Positions 55,078-64,000 of a DNA stretch of 64,000 nt are shown here, in pieces. A model generated the notes under the pieces. That model ran no database searches and was not told where the DNA came from. It saw nothing but the letters and a program-made list of their open reading frames with translations. This stretch comes from an uncultured Hyphomicrobiales bacterium. GTDB lineage: Bacteria > Pseudomonadota > Alphaproteobacteria > Rhodospirillales > 2-12-FULL-67-15. The stretch is taken from the NCBI GenBank assembly GCA_964412955.1, contig CAYPQV010000002.1, positions 683 to 64,682 on the forward strand. The letters are read 5' to 3'. Each line of letters opens with the position of its first letter. Positions within the stretch are counted from its first letter, which is position 1. The position numbers and the translations under genes were made by a program.

Positions 55078-55102
55078 AACCGCCCTCGATGACGGCACGG
55101 AT

Positions 55103-55924
55103 ATGATCCGTAAAGACACCGCGCGCCTGATCGTTCTGTTCCTGCCGGCGGGAATCTTCTTCACGGCCTTTTTCCTGCTGCCGCTGGTCAAGCTGTTCGC
55201 CATCGGCGGCACCGGGACCAGCGGATTCAGCGCCTATGCGCTGATCGTCACCGATTCCAATTATCTCGCAAGCCTGATCTCGACCTTGGCGCTCGCGGCG
55301 GCCACCACCGTGGCGACCTTGATCATCAGCGGGATCAGCGGCGTCTTCCTGCAACGCAACAAGTTCAAGGGCAACGAAACGATCGTTTCCATGCTGACCC
55401 TGCCGCTCGCGTTTCCGGGCGTGGTCATCGGCTTCATGGTCATCATGCTGGCGGGCCGGCAGGGGTTGATCGGCGATATCACCCAGTTGCTGACCGGCCA
55501 TTCGTTGGTGTTCGCCTATTCGATGGCGGGCCTGTTCATGGGCTACGTCTATTTTTCGATTCCGCGCACGATCCTGACGGTGATGGCCTCGGCCGAAAAA
55601 CTCGATCCCAAGCTGGAAGAAGCGGCGCGATCCCTCGGCGCCTCCACCTGGCAGGTGGTGCGCGACGTGATCCTGCCGGGACTGAAACCGGCCTTCATCT
55701 CCGCCGGCGCCATCTGCTTTGCCACCGCCGTCGGCGCGTTCGGCACCGCGTTCACCCTGGCGACCCGGATCAACGTCCTGCCCATGGTGATCTACACCGA
55801 GTTCACCTTGCAGGCTAATATCGCGATGGCGGCGGCCTTGAGCTTCTTCCTGGGCTTGATCACCTGGATGGTCCTGGCGGTGGCGCGAACGGCGGCCGGC
55901 TCGACCGTGGCGGCGGCGGGGTGA
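55103..55924 (+). CDS. ABC transporter permease (PotB-like)
   Basis: 273-aa polytopic membrane protein with an EAA-type loop ...KLEEAARSLGASTWQVVRDVILPGLKPA. Confidence 0.88.
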   Translation: MIRKDTARLIVLFLPAGIFFTAFFLLPLVKLFAIGGTGTSGFSAYALIVTDSNYLASLISTLALAAATTVATLIISGISGVFLQRNKFKGNETIVSMLTLPLAFPGVVIGFMVIMLAGRQGLIGDITQLLTGHSLVFAYSMAGLFMGYVYFSIPRTILTVMASAEKLDPKLEEAARSLGASTWQVVRDVILPGLKPAFISAGAICFATAVGAFGTAFTLATRINVLPMVIYTEFTLQANIAMAAALSFFLGLITWMVLAVARTAAGSTVAAAG

Positions 55925-56733
55925 TCATGGGACGCCGCAAGATCCTGTTCGGGCTGCAGCTCGCGTTCACCCTCGCGGTGTGCGCGTTCCTGATCGTACC
56001 GGTGATCCTCTCGATTCTGGCGGGGTTGACGGTCAATTACCAAACCGGCCTGCAAAGCGGCCTGACGCTCCGCTGGGTGGGCGAAGTCTGGTCGGGATAC
56101 CGCGACACGATTTTCCTGTCGATCGGCATTTCGCTTGCGTGCCTCGCGGCGACGCTGGTGCTCGGCATCCCGGCCGCGTACGTGCTCGCCAAGCGCCAAA
56201 GTGCGCTGACGCGCTCGCTCGAGGAACTGCTGGTCATGCCGGTCGCGGTGCCCGGATTGGCGACCGCGCTCGCCCTGATCGTCACGTACGGCGCCGCCGG
56301 CGGATTCCGCACGTCGTGGACGTTCATTCTGGTCGGACATATCCTGTTCACGCTGCCGTTCATGATCCGCGCCGTCCTCGCGGTGCTGTCCGCGATCGAC
56401 CTCAAGACGCTGGAGGAGGGCGCCGCCAGCCTCGGCGCCGGGTTCGCCCAGCGCTTTTTCCATATCGTTCTGCCCAACTGCCGTTCGGGCATCCTGGCGG
56501 GTTCGCTGATGGTCGTGACGCTCTCGATGGGCGAATTCAACATGACGTGGCTGTTGCACACGCCGCTGACCAAGACGCTGCCGGTCGGGCTCGCCGACGC
56601 CTATGCGTCGTTGCGCCTGGAAGTCGGCAGCGCCTACACTCTCGTCTTTTTCTTCATGATCGTACCCTTGCTCCTGGTCATGCAGGCGGTGGCCAACATG
56701 GGCAAGACGAAAACCGTCGCGGCCGGGGGATGA
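55921..56733 (+). CDS. ABC transporter permease (PotC-like)
   Basis: 270-aa ORF. The GTG at 55921 overlaps the upstream stop. EAA-type loop LEEGAASLGAGFAQRFFHIVLPNCRSG. Confidence 0.88.
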   Translation: MIMGRRKILFGLQLAFTLAVCAFLIVPVILSILAGLTVNYQTGLQSGLTLRWVGEVWSGYRDTIFLSIGISLACLAATLVLGIPAAYVLAKRQSALTRSLEELLVMPVAVPGLATALALIVTYGAAGGFRTSWTFILVGHILFTLPFMIRAVLAVLSAIDLKTLEEGAASLGAGFAQRFFHIVLPNCRSGILAGSLMVVTLSMGEFNMTWLLHTPLTKTLPVGLADAYASLRLEVGSAYTLVFFFMIVPLLLVMQAVANMGKTKTVAAGG

Positions 56734-56737
56734 GCGC

Positions 56738-57781
56738 ATGACCGAACGCCTGCAACCGCTCGCCATCACGCTTTCGCGGTGCGCCAAGACCTTCGGCGAC
56801 GGAACCCGCGCGCTGGAACCGCTCGATCTCGACATCAAGGCGGGCGAAACCGTCGTCTTTCTCGGGCCGTCGGGCTGCGGCAAGACCACCACCTTGCGCA
56901 TCATCGCCGGCCTGGAGGAACCCGACGCGGGCGGTCGTGTGCTGTTCGACGGAACCGACGTCACCCATCTGCCGATCGAAAAACGCAACGTCGGCATGGT
57001 GTTCCAATCCTACGCGCTGTTTCCCAACATGAACGTCGCCGAAAACATCGGCTACGGGCTCCGCATTCGCGGCGACGGCAGGAAGGCGGTCGCCGAACGG
57101 GTCGACGAGATGCTGGCGATGATGCGGATCGAGCCGCTCGCGTCCCGCCAGGTCGATCAGCTGTCCGGCGGGCAGCGCCAGCGCGTCGCCCTTGCCCGCG
57201 CCATCGCCGTCCGCCCGCGCGCGCTGCTGCTGGACGAGCCGTTGACCGCTCTCGACGCCAAGCTCCGCGACGTGCTGCGGCTCGAAATCGACCAGTTGCT
57301 GCGCGGCCTCGGCATCACCGCGATCTACGTCACCCACGACCAGTCCGAAGCGATGGCGCTCGGCGACCGCATCGTGGTCATGGATCACGGCAAGGTCGCC
57401 CAGGTCGGCCTGCCGCGCGACATCTACCACCGGCCGGCAACCCGGTTCGTCGCCGATTTCATCGGCACCATGAACCGCGTTTCCGGCGTCGTCCGGAACG
57501 GGACTTTTGTCACGCCGGCCGGTGCCATGCCCTGGCCCGACGCCCCGCCGGAAACGACCGAAGCCTTGTTCCGGCCCGAGGATGCCGCCATCGCGGAAAG
57601 CGATCCGCCCCATTTGCGTGGGCGGGTGGTGGCTTCGTTCTTTCTCGGCGACCGGACCCGGCTGTTCGTCGAAACCGAGCCCGGCAAGACCCTGGTGGTC
57701 GAAACCCACACGCGGCGCGACTTCAGCCACGGCGACAGCGTGGGATTGACCATCGACCCGGCGCGGCTTATGGCCCTTTGA
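56738..57781 (+). CDS. ABC transporter ATP-binding protein (PotA/FbpC/UgpC-like, with C-terminal regulatory/TOBE-like region)
   Basis: 347-aa ORF. Walker A GPSGCGKTT, Q-loop, signature LSGGQRQRVALARA, Walker B LLLDEPL, H-loop YVTHDQ. Confidence 0.92.
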   Translation: MTERLQPLAITLSRCAKTFGDGTRALEPLDLDIKAGETVVFLGPSGCGKTTTLRIIAGLEEPDAGGRVLFDGTDVTHLPIEKRNVGMVFQSYALFPNMNVAENIGYGLRIRGDGRKAVAERVDEMLAMMRIEPLASRQVDQLSGGQRQRVALARAIAVRPRALLLDEPLTALDAKLRDVLRLEIDQLLRGLGITAIYVTHDQSEAMALGDRIVVMDHGKVAQVGLPRDIYHRPATRFVADFIGTMNRVSGVVRNGTFVTPAGAMPWPDAPPETTEALFRPEDAAIAESDPPHLRGRVVASFFLGDRTRLFVETEPGKTLVVETHTRRDFSHGDSVGLTIDPARLMAL

Positions 57782-57803
57782 GCGTTACTCGGAAACAACC
57801 GCC

Positions 57804-58616
57804 ATGCTGATCGCCCAAATCACCGATACCCACATCAAGCTTCCGGGCAAGCTCGCCTACCGCAAGGTCGATACCGCCGCCATGCTCGCGGCCTGCGTCG
57901 CCGAAGTCGCCGCGCTCGACCCGGCGCCCGACGTGATCCTGATGACCGGCGATCTCGTCGACTTCGGCACGCGCGAGGAATACGACCATCTCAAGTCCCT
58001 GCTGGCCCCGTTGAAGGCGCCGATCTTCGTCATCCCCGGCAACCACGACAGCCGGGAAGGGATGCGCCAGGCCTTCGGCGCCCAAGGTTACCTGCCGGCC
58101 GAAGGTTTTCTGCACTATGTGGTCGAGGGCTGGCCCTTGCGCCTGGTCGCGCTAGACACCCTGGTGCCCGGTTCGGGCGGGGGCGATCTCTGCGACGAAC
58201 GGCTTTCCTGGCTCGACAAGACGCTCGCCGCCGCGCCCGGCAAGCCGACGCTGATTTTCATGCACCATCCGCCGTTCCCGACCGGGATCGGCCACATGGA
58301 CAAGATCGGCCTTCGCGCCCGGATGCGTTTCGCCGACATAGTCGCCGGCCATCCGCAAATCCAGGCGATCCTGTGCGGGCACCTTCACCGCACCATCCAA
58401 TCCCAAGTCGGGGGGCGGCGCGTCACCACCAGCCCGAGCCCGGCGCACCAGGTCGCCCTCGACTTGAACGAAGGCCCGGGCGGCTTTCGCCTGGAGCCGC
58501 CCGGTTATATGTTGCACATGTGGCGCGACGGCGTGCTGGTCAGCCACACCGCCGTGCTCGGCGATTTCGGCGGCACCCATCCGTTTTTCGACGCCAACGG
58601 CAAATTGATCGACTGA
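57804..58616 (+). CDS. Metallophosphoesterase, GpdQ/CpdA-like phosphodiesterase
   Basis: 270-aa ORF with the full calcineurin-like motif set in order: ITDTH, GDLVDFG, GNHD, FMHHPP, CGHLH. The overall layout resembles the Enterobacter aerogenes glycerophosphodiesterase GpdQ as I recall its sequence. Confidence 0.8.
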   Translation: MLIAQITDTHIKLPGKLAYRKVDTAAMLAACVAEVAALDPAPDVILMTGDLVDFGTREEYDHLKSLLAPLKAPIFVIPGNHDSREGMRQAFGAQGYLPAEGFLHYVVEGWPLRLVALDTLVPGSGGGDLCDERLSWLDKTLAAAPGKPTLIFMHHPPFPTGIGHMDKIGLRARMRFADIVAGHPQIQAILCGHLHRTIQSQVGGRRVTTSPSPAHQVALDLNEGPGGFRLEPPGYMLHMWRDGVLVSHTAVLGDFGGTHPFFDANGKLID

Positions 58617-58639
58617 GCGCAAGACGCCCCGGAGACGCC

Positions 58640-59047
58640 ATGACCGCAAGCCAAACCCAGCCCCGGATGCTGCACACCATGATCCGGGTGTTCGACCTTA
58701 AACGTTCCCTCGACTTCTACACCCGAATCCTCGGTATGAAGGTGCTGCGCCAGAAGGAGTACCCGGAGGGACGCTTCACCAACACCTTCGTCGGCTACGG
58801 ACCGGAAGACGAGATGGCTGCGATCGAACTCACCTACAACTGGGACCAGAAGGAGCCCTACCAGATCGGCACCGGCTACGGGCACGTCGCCCTCGGCGTT
58901 TCCGACATCTACGCCACCTGCGACGCGCTCAAGGCCGCCGGGGCCAGGATTCCCCGCCCGCCGGGGCCGATGAAGCACGGTACCACCGTGATCGCCTTCG
59001 TCGAAGACCCGGACGGCTACAAGATCGAGCTGATCGAGCGGAAGTAA
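58640..59047 (+). CDS. gloA: Lactoylglutathione lyase (glyoxalase I)
   Basis: In-frame ATG at 58640 within track ORF 58373..59047. Sequence: ...[46 protein letters not shown]...IELTYNW...GYGHVALGV...[15 protein letters not shown]. Confidence 0.9.
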   Translation: MTASQTQPRMLHTMIRVFDLKRSLDFYTRILGMKVLRQKEYPEGRFTNTFVGYGPEDEMAAIELTYNWDQKEPYQIGTGYGHVALGVSDIYATCDALKAAGARIPRPPGPMKHGTTVIAFVEDPDGYKIELIERK

Positions 59048-59048
59048 T

Positions 59049-59486
59049 TCACGTTCCTTCGGGCGCGAAGCGGAGCGAGACGCCGTTCAGGCAATAGCGC
59101 TGCCCGGTGGGCGCCGGGCCGTCGGGGAACACGTGGCCCAGATGCCCGCCGCAGCGCGCGCAATGGACCTCGGTCCGGCGCATGAAATGGGACATGTCCT
59201 CGCGGCTGCCGACCGCGCCCTCGAGCGGGGTGTGGAAGCTCGGCCAGCCGGTGCCGCTGTCGAACTTGGCCGACGAATCGAACAACGGCTGATCGCAACC
59301 GGCGCAATGATAGCGGCCGGCGCCGTATTGCTTGTCGAGCGGGCTCGAGCGCGGGCGCTCGGTGCCGTGCCGGCGCAACACCTCGTATTGCGCCGGCGTG
59401 AGCGTCTTGCGCCATTCCGCGTCGGTCCTGGCCACGGCGAAATTTTCTTCCGACGATTCACGGTCGGCAGATTTCCTGGGCCACAT
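59049..59486 (-). CDS. msrB: Peptide-methionine (R)-S-oxide reductase MsrB
   Basis: 145-aa ORF with zinc CxxC pairs ([24 protein letters not shown]) and GWPSF. It is convergent with gloA, with only 1 bp between the two stop codons. Confidence 0.93.
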   Translation of the reverse strand: MWPRKSADRESSEENFAVARTDAEWRKTLTPAQYEVLRRHGTERPRSSPLDKQYGAGRYHCAGCDQPLFDSSAKFDSGTGWPSFHTPLEGAVGSREDMSHFMRRTEVHCARCGGHLGHVFPDGPAPTGQRYCLNGVSLRFAPEGT

Positions 59487-59531
59487 GGGGTCGCCTTGTT
59501 TCGGTCCGCAACGCGCGAAAGGGCGTATCCG

Positions 59532-60851
59532 TCACTTCCGCTTGTCGAGCGGCACGAATTTGCGCTCGGTCGCGCCGGTGTAGAGTTGGCGCGGCCGGCC
59601 GATGCGCTGGGCCGGGTCGGCGACCATTTCCGCCCATTGCGCCATCCAGCCGACCGTGCGCGCGACCGCGAACAGCGCGGTGAACAGCGCGGTCGGAATT
59701 CCCATCGCCCGGAAGATGATGCCGGAATAGAAATCGACGTTGGGGTAGAGCTTGCGCTGGACGAAATAGTCGTCCTCGAGGGCGATGCGCTCGAGTTCGA
59801 CCGCCATCTCCAATTCGGGGGAGTTCTTGATACCGAGTTCGCCCAAGACCTCGTGGCAGGTGCGCTGCATGATCTTGGCGCGCGGGTCGTAGTTCTTGTA
59901 GACCCGGTGGCCGAAGCCCATCAGGCGCACGTTGTCCTTGGGGTCCTTGGCGCGCCTGATGAAGTCGGGGATGTTCTTCTTGTCGCCGATTTCGGCGAGC
60001 ATGGTCAGCACCGCCTCGTTGGCGCCGCCGTGGGCCGGGCCCCAGAGCGAGGCGATGCCGGCGGCGATGCAGGCGAACGGATTGGCGCCGCTCGATCCCG
60101 CGAGGCGCACGGTCGAGGTCGAGGCGTTCTGCTCGTGATCAGCGTGCAGAATCAATATCCGGTCCATGGCCTTGGCCAGGATCGGGCTCACCTTGTATTC
60201 CTCGCACGGCGTCGAGAACATCATATGAATGAAGTTCTCGGCGTAGCCGAGGGTGTTGCGCGGGTACACGAACGGCTGGCCGATCGAATACTTGTAGGCC
60301 GCCGCCGCGATGGTCGGCATCTTGGCGATCAGCCGGTGCGACGAAATCTCGCGGTGGCGCGAATCATTGATGTCGAGGTTGTCGTGGTAGAACGCGGCGA
60401 GCGCGCCGACCACGCCGCACATCACCGCCATCGGGTGCGAGTCCCGCCGGAACCCGCGGAAGAAGTAGTTCACCTGTTCGTGGATCATCGAGTGGTAGGT
60501 GATGTTATGCACGAATTCCTTCTTCTGCGCGACGTTGGGCAGTTCGCCGTTGAGCAGAAGGTAGCAGACCTCCATGAAATCCGAATTCTCGGCCAACTGG
60601 TCGATCGGATAGCCGCGATAGAGCAGCACGCCCTGGTCGCCGTCGATGAAGGTGATCTTGGATTCGGTGCTGGCGGTCGAGGTGAAGCTCGGGTCGTAGG
60701 TGAAGCACCCGGTCTGGGCGTAGAGCTTGCGGATGTCGAACACGTCCGGCCCGACGCTGCCCTTGAGAACGGGGAAATCGAACGACTTTCCGCTCCGGTT
60801 GTCGATCACCGTGATGGTGTCCGACTTGGCCTTGGTGGTCGCTTCGCTCAT
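59532..60851 (-). CDS. gltA: Citrate synthase (type II)
   Basis: The track ORF is 59532..60869. I prefer the ATG at 60851 (MSEATTKAK...) because AAGGAG lies 7 nt upstream of it. Motifs: [40 protein letters not shown]. Confidence 0.94.
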   Translation of the reverse strand: MSEATTKAKSDTITVIDNRSGKSFDFPVLKGSVGPDVFDIRKLYAQTGCFTYDPSFTSTASTESKITFIDGDQGVLLYRGYPIDQLAENSDFMEVCYLLLNGELPNVAQKKEFVHNITYHSMIHEQVNYFFRGFRRDSHPMAVMCGVVGALAAFYHDNLDINDSRHREISSHRLIAKMPTIAAAAYKYSIGQPFVYPRNTLGYAENFIHMMFSTPCEEYKVSPILAKAMDRILILHADHEQNASTSTVRLAGSSGANPFACIAAGIASLWGPAHGGANEAVLTMLAEIGDKKNIPDFIRRAKDPKDNVRLMGFGHRVYKNYDPRAKIMQRTCHEVLGELGIKNSPELEMAVELERIALEDDYFVQRKLYPNVDFYSGIIFRAMGIPTALFTALFAVARTVGWMAQWAEMVADPAQRIGRPRQLYTGATERKFVPLDKRK

Positions 60852-60888
60852 GGATCGGCTCCTTTGCAACGGTCGGTGTAAACGGAAA

Positions 60889-62322
60889 TCAGGCGACGGC
60901 GGCGCGTTTCTTGTCGAGCGCGTCCTCGATGCGGCCGAGGGATTCGTCGCGCCCGAGCACGGCCATCACCTCAAAAATCGGCGGCGAGACGCCTTCACCG
61001 GTCAGCGCGGCGCGCAACGGTTGCGCCACTTGGCCGAGCTTGGCGTTCTCGGCTTCGGCGAAACCGCGCACCGCGACTTCAAGCGCGGCGCCGGACCAAT
61101 CGGTTTCGGCGCGCAACGCATCGGCGAGACGGCGCAAGCGGTCCTCGGCGCCGGCGAGAATGTCCCCAGCCTTGGCCGAAATCGGCAGCGGCCGACGCCG
61201 GGCATAGAACGCGGCGCCGGCGGCAAGCTCGCGGAGCGTCTTGGCCCGTTCCTTGAGACCGCCCATGCCGCGCGCGATCCGGGCGCGGGCTTCGGGGGCG
61301 AGGGGGGCGCCGACGGTTTTCTCGACCAACGGCGCGGCCAGTTCCACCAGGCGCGCGTCGTCGGCCTGGCGCAGATAATGGCCGTTGAGCGAATCGAGCT
61401 TGGCGAAATCGAAGCGCGCGGGCGAACGGCCGATGCCGGAAAGATCGAACCATTCGATCGCCTGACGGTCATCGATGATTTCGGCGTCGCCGTGGCCCCA
61501 GCCGAGGCGCAGCAGGTAATTACGGAGCGCCTCCGGCAGGTAGCCCAGGTCGCGATAGGCCTCGATCCCGAGCGCGCCGTGGCGCTTGGAGAGCTTGGCC
61601 CCGTCGGGCCCGTGAATCAGGGGTATGTGGGCGAAGCGCGGCGGTTCCCAGCCGAAGGCGCGGTAAAGCTGCAGCTGGCGAAAAGTGTTGGTGAGATGGT
61701 CGTCGCCGCGCACCACATGGGTGATGCCCATGTCGCGGTCGTCGACCACCACCGCCAGCATGTAGGTCGGCGTGCCGTCGCTGCGCAGCAGCACCATGTC
61801 GTCGAGTTGGGAATTGGCGACGCGCACTTCGCCTTGCACGATATCCTCGACCGCCGTGTCGCCCTCGGTCGGCGCCTTGAGCCGGACGACAGCATCGACG
61901 CCGGCGGGCGCCTCGGCCGGGTCGCGGTCGCGCCAGCGGCCGTCGTAGCGGACGGGGCGGCCTTCGCGCCGGGCCTTTTCGCGCATTTCTTCCAGCTCGG
62001 CCGGAGTGCAGTAGCAGCGATACGCGCGCCCGGCCGCGAGCAGCTCGCGCGCGGCTTCGGCGTGGCGCTCGCGCCGCGCGAATTGGGAGATCGGTTCGCC
62101 GTCCCAGTCGAGGCCGAGCCACTTGAGGCCGTCGATGATGGCGGCGACCGCTTCCGGCGTCGAGCGCGCCCGGTCGGTGTCCTCGATCCGAAGCAGGAAG
62201 GTGCCGCCGTCGCCGTGGCGCCTCTGGTGCCGGGCGAACAGCCAGTTGAACAGCGCCGTCCGGGCCCCGCCGATATGCAGGAATCCGGTGGGCGACGGCG
62301 CGAAACGGGTCACGACCTTCAT
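60889..62322 (-). CDS. gltX: Glutamate--tRNA ligase
   Basis: The track ORF is 60889..62382. I prefer the ATG at 62322, which gives [31 protein letters not shown] (HIGH motif). The KMSKS-like motif KLSKR is present. Confidence 0.93.
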   Translation of the reverse strand: MKVVTRFAPSPTGFLHIGGARTALFNWLFARHQRRHGDGGTFLLRIEDTDRARSTPEAVAAIIDGLKWLGLDWDGEPISQFARRERHAEAARELLAAGRAYRCYCTPAELEEMREKARREGRPVRYDGRWRDRDPAEAPAGVDAVVRLKAPTEGDTAVEDIVQGEVRVANSQLDDMVLLRSDGTPTYMLAVVVDDRDMGITHVVRGDDHLTNTFRQLQLYRAFGWEPPRFAHIPLIHGPDGAKLSKRHGALGIEAYRDLGYLPEALRNYLLRLGWGHGDAEIIDDRQAIEWFDLSGIGRSPARFDFAKLDSLNGHYLRQADDARLVELAAPLVEKTVGAPLAPEARARIARGMGGLKERAKTLRELAAGAAFYARRRPLPISAKAGDILAGAEDRLRRLADALRAETDWSGAALEVAVRGFAEAENAKLGQVAQPLRAALTGEGVSPPIFEVMAVLGRDESLGRIEDALDKKRAAVA

Positions 62323-62402
62323 GGCGGGCGGCGGCGATTCTCGGTTAAAATCAGGAGCCAGCAGTCCGGTAATGCATATCATAACTTCTTAGCACATGCA
62401 GC

Positions 62403-64000
62403 ATGGGGGAAACCCGCATTATTACGGCTCGACCCCGCGTTAACCCTTTGGCCGGAAGCCGCGCGTATCTGGAGCGGCTCATGGCCGAGGAACAGGATCG
62501 CCTCGCGCTCTGGTTGCCGGTGTGTCTCGGCGCCGGGATCGGGTTCTATTTCGTGCTGTCCGTCGAGCCCGCGTGGTGGGTCGGCGTCCTGGCGCTGATG
62601 TCGAGCGCCGGACTCCTCGCCGGACTCAGCCGGGCGACTCCCGCGAGCCTCGCCCGCGTCGCGGCGGGCGCGCTGGTCGCGGTCGCGGTCGGGTTCGCGG
62701 CGGCGCAAGTACGCACGGCCATGATCGCCGCGCCGGTTCTGGAATCGAAAATCGGTCCGGTCACGGTGCAGGCGCGGATCGTGCAGGTGGAAATCCTGCC
62801 GGCAGGCGAGGGCGCGCGCGTCACCCTCGAGCGCGTCCGTGCCAGCCAACTGCCGCCGGAACGCACGCCGGAATACGTCCGACTGCGCGTGAGAAAAATT
62901 CCGCCGGAGCCGCTGGTCCCCGGGGACTGGATCGCGACGCGGGCCGTGCTTGCCCCGCCGCCCGCGCCGGCGGCGCCCGGTGCGTACGATTTCCAGCGCC
63001 ACGCCTATTTCCGTTCCCTCGGCGCGGTCGGCTTCGCCGTCGGCGGCGTGACGCGCATCGCGCGCGCCGAGGAAAGCGCAAGCGGCGAAGGTGCCTTCTG
63101 GCGCGGCCTCGAACGTCTGCGCCAGGATCTGACCGGGCGCGTCCAGGCGGCCGTGCCGGGCGCGGGCGGGGCGGTGGCCGCCGCGCTGATGACCGGGGAT
63201 CGCTCGGCGATCCCGGCGTCGGTCAACGCGGCGATGCGCGATTCCGGCCTAGTGCACCTGCTCTCCATTTCCGGCCTGCACGTCGGCCTGGTCGCGGCGA
63301 TCCTGTTCGTCGGCTTGCGCGCGGCTTTCGCGCTGATCCCGCCGCTCGCGCTCAACTTTCCGATCAAGAAATGGACGGCGGCGGCGGCGATCCCCGGCAC
63401 GCTGGCGTACGCCCTGCTCGCCGGCATGGCGGCGCCGACCCAACGTTCCCTGATCATGGTCGGGCTGGTGATGATCGCGGTGCTGGTCGACCGCCGCGCG
63501 CTGACCATGCGCACGCTCGCCTGGGCGGCGGCGGCGATCCTGCTGGTGCAGCCGGAAAGTCTGCTCAATCCCGGATTCCAAATGTCGTTCGCGGCGGTCG
63601 CCGCCTTGATCGCCGCCTACGAATGGAAGGGCGAGAATCTTGCGCCTCCCGGGCGGCGCGGATGGATTCGCGGCACGGCCGGTATGTTCGCCGCCATCGC
63701 CCTGACGTCGCTCGTCGCCACCCTCGCCACCACGCCCTACGCCGTCTACCACTTCAACCGCTTCGCCGTGTACGGCATCGCCGCCAACATGATCGCGGTG
63801 CCGCTGACCAGCTTCTGGATCATGCCGTGGGCGGTGCTGGCGTTCGCGCTGATGCCGTTCGGGCTCGAAGCGCTGGCGCTGGCGCCGATGGGGCTCGGAA
63901 CCGATTTCCTGATCGCCATTGCCGAAACGGTCGCCGATTGGCCCGGCGCCGGGATTCTGGCGCCCGCCATGCCGGCGTGGGGCCTGGTGCTGGCGACCCT
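62403..64000 (+). CDS. comEC: ComEC/Rec2-family DNA internalization channel protein (partial; continues past the right window edge)
   Basis: This ORF is not in the track because it has no stop inside the window. Manual translation from the ATG at 62403 (alternative start at 62481) gives ...YLERLMAEEQDRLALWLPVCLGAGIGFYF..., multiple TM segments, and the competence-domain block MTGDRSAIPASVNAAMRDSGLVHLLSISGLHVG. It is divergent from gltX. Confidence 0.85.
   Translation, partial: MGETRIITARPRVNPLAGSRAYLERLMAEEQDRLALWLPVCLGAGIGFYFVLSVEPAWWVGVLALMSSAGLLAGLSRATPASLARVAAGALVAVAVGFAAAQVRTAMIAAPVLESKIGPVTVQARIVQVEILPAGEGARVTLERVRASQLPPERTPEYVRLRVRKIPPEPLVPGDWIATRAVLAPPPAPAAPGAYDFQRHAYFRSLGAVGFAVGGVTRIARAEESASGEGAFWRGLERLRQDLTGRVQAAVPGAGGAVAAALMTGDRSAIPASVNAAMRDSGLVHLLSISGLHVGLVAAILFVGLRAAFALIPPLALNFPIKKWTAAAAIPGTLAYALLAGMAAPTQRSLIMVGLVMIAVLVDRRALTMRTLAWAAAAILLVQPESLLNPGFQMSFAAVAALIAAYEWKGENLAPPGRRGWIRGTAGMFAAIALTSLVATLATTPYAVYHFNRFAVYGIAANMIAVPLTSFWIMPWAVLAFALMPFGLEALALAPMGLGTDFLIAIAETVADWPGAGILAPAMPAWGLVLAT

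Noticed and set aside
59133-62598. Plus-strand ORFs 59133..60881 (582 aa) and 60727..62598 (623 aa).
   Set aside because: They are antisense to msrB/gltA and gltX, whose minus-strand frames carry unmistakable citrate synthase and GluRS motifs (HIGH, KLSKR).

Overview
This is a high-GC segment (roughly two-thirds G+C by eye) of an alphaproteobacterial chromosome. Gene content and order look Rhodospirillales/Rhizobiales-like, and almost all of it is conserved housekeeping core.

Gene order, left to right:
- A PAS sensor histidine kinase on the minus strand, truncated by the window edge.
- nnr, malonyl-CoA decarboxylase, tRNA-Leu(UAG).
- tig-clpP-clpX-lon-hupB, then tRNA-Val(UAC) and tRNA-Asp(GUC).
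- The complete 14-gene nuoA-N complex I operon, coupled by overlapping stop/start codons to birA-coaX-rnj.
- mce, a DUF1467 gene, a small secreted protein of unknown function, proS, lolCE-lolD, dnaE.
- The classic rpsB-tsf-pyrH-frr-uppS-cdsA-dxr-rseP-bamA-skp-lpxD-fabZ-lpxA-lpxI-lpxB cluster.
- A roughly 6.4 kb block that looks accessory: a DeoR regulator, a 4-gene ABC importer, a GpdQ-like phosphodiesterase, gloA and msrB.
- gltA and gltX on the minus strand, and the start of comEC.

I found no rRNA, CRISPR array, transposase, integrase, phage or defence genes, and I cannot support a claim of a large novel multi-gene system here. Many long ORFs in the six-frame track are antisense or off-frame shadows typical of high-GC DNA, and I rejected them.

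The observations most worth a second look:
1. lpxI and lpxB are joined in one uninterrupted reading frame, a candidate bifunctional fusion of two consecutive lipid A steps.
2. A 51-bp in-frame insertion inside lpxB is flanked by an 8-bp direct repeat and carries a perfect hairpin with an A7 loop.
3. An AT-rich clpP-clpX spacer carries a perfect TTAA-N7-TTAA (CtrA-box-like) motif formed by a tandem repeat.
4. An AT-rich patch followed by a densely structured GC-rich leader lies upstream of rpsB.
5. The DeoR-ABC-GpdQ block appears to interrupt lpxB-gltA synteny.

All start-codon refinements, hairpins and motifs were read by eye from the sequence. No database search or folding calculation was run.
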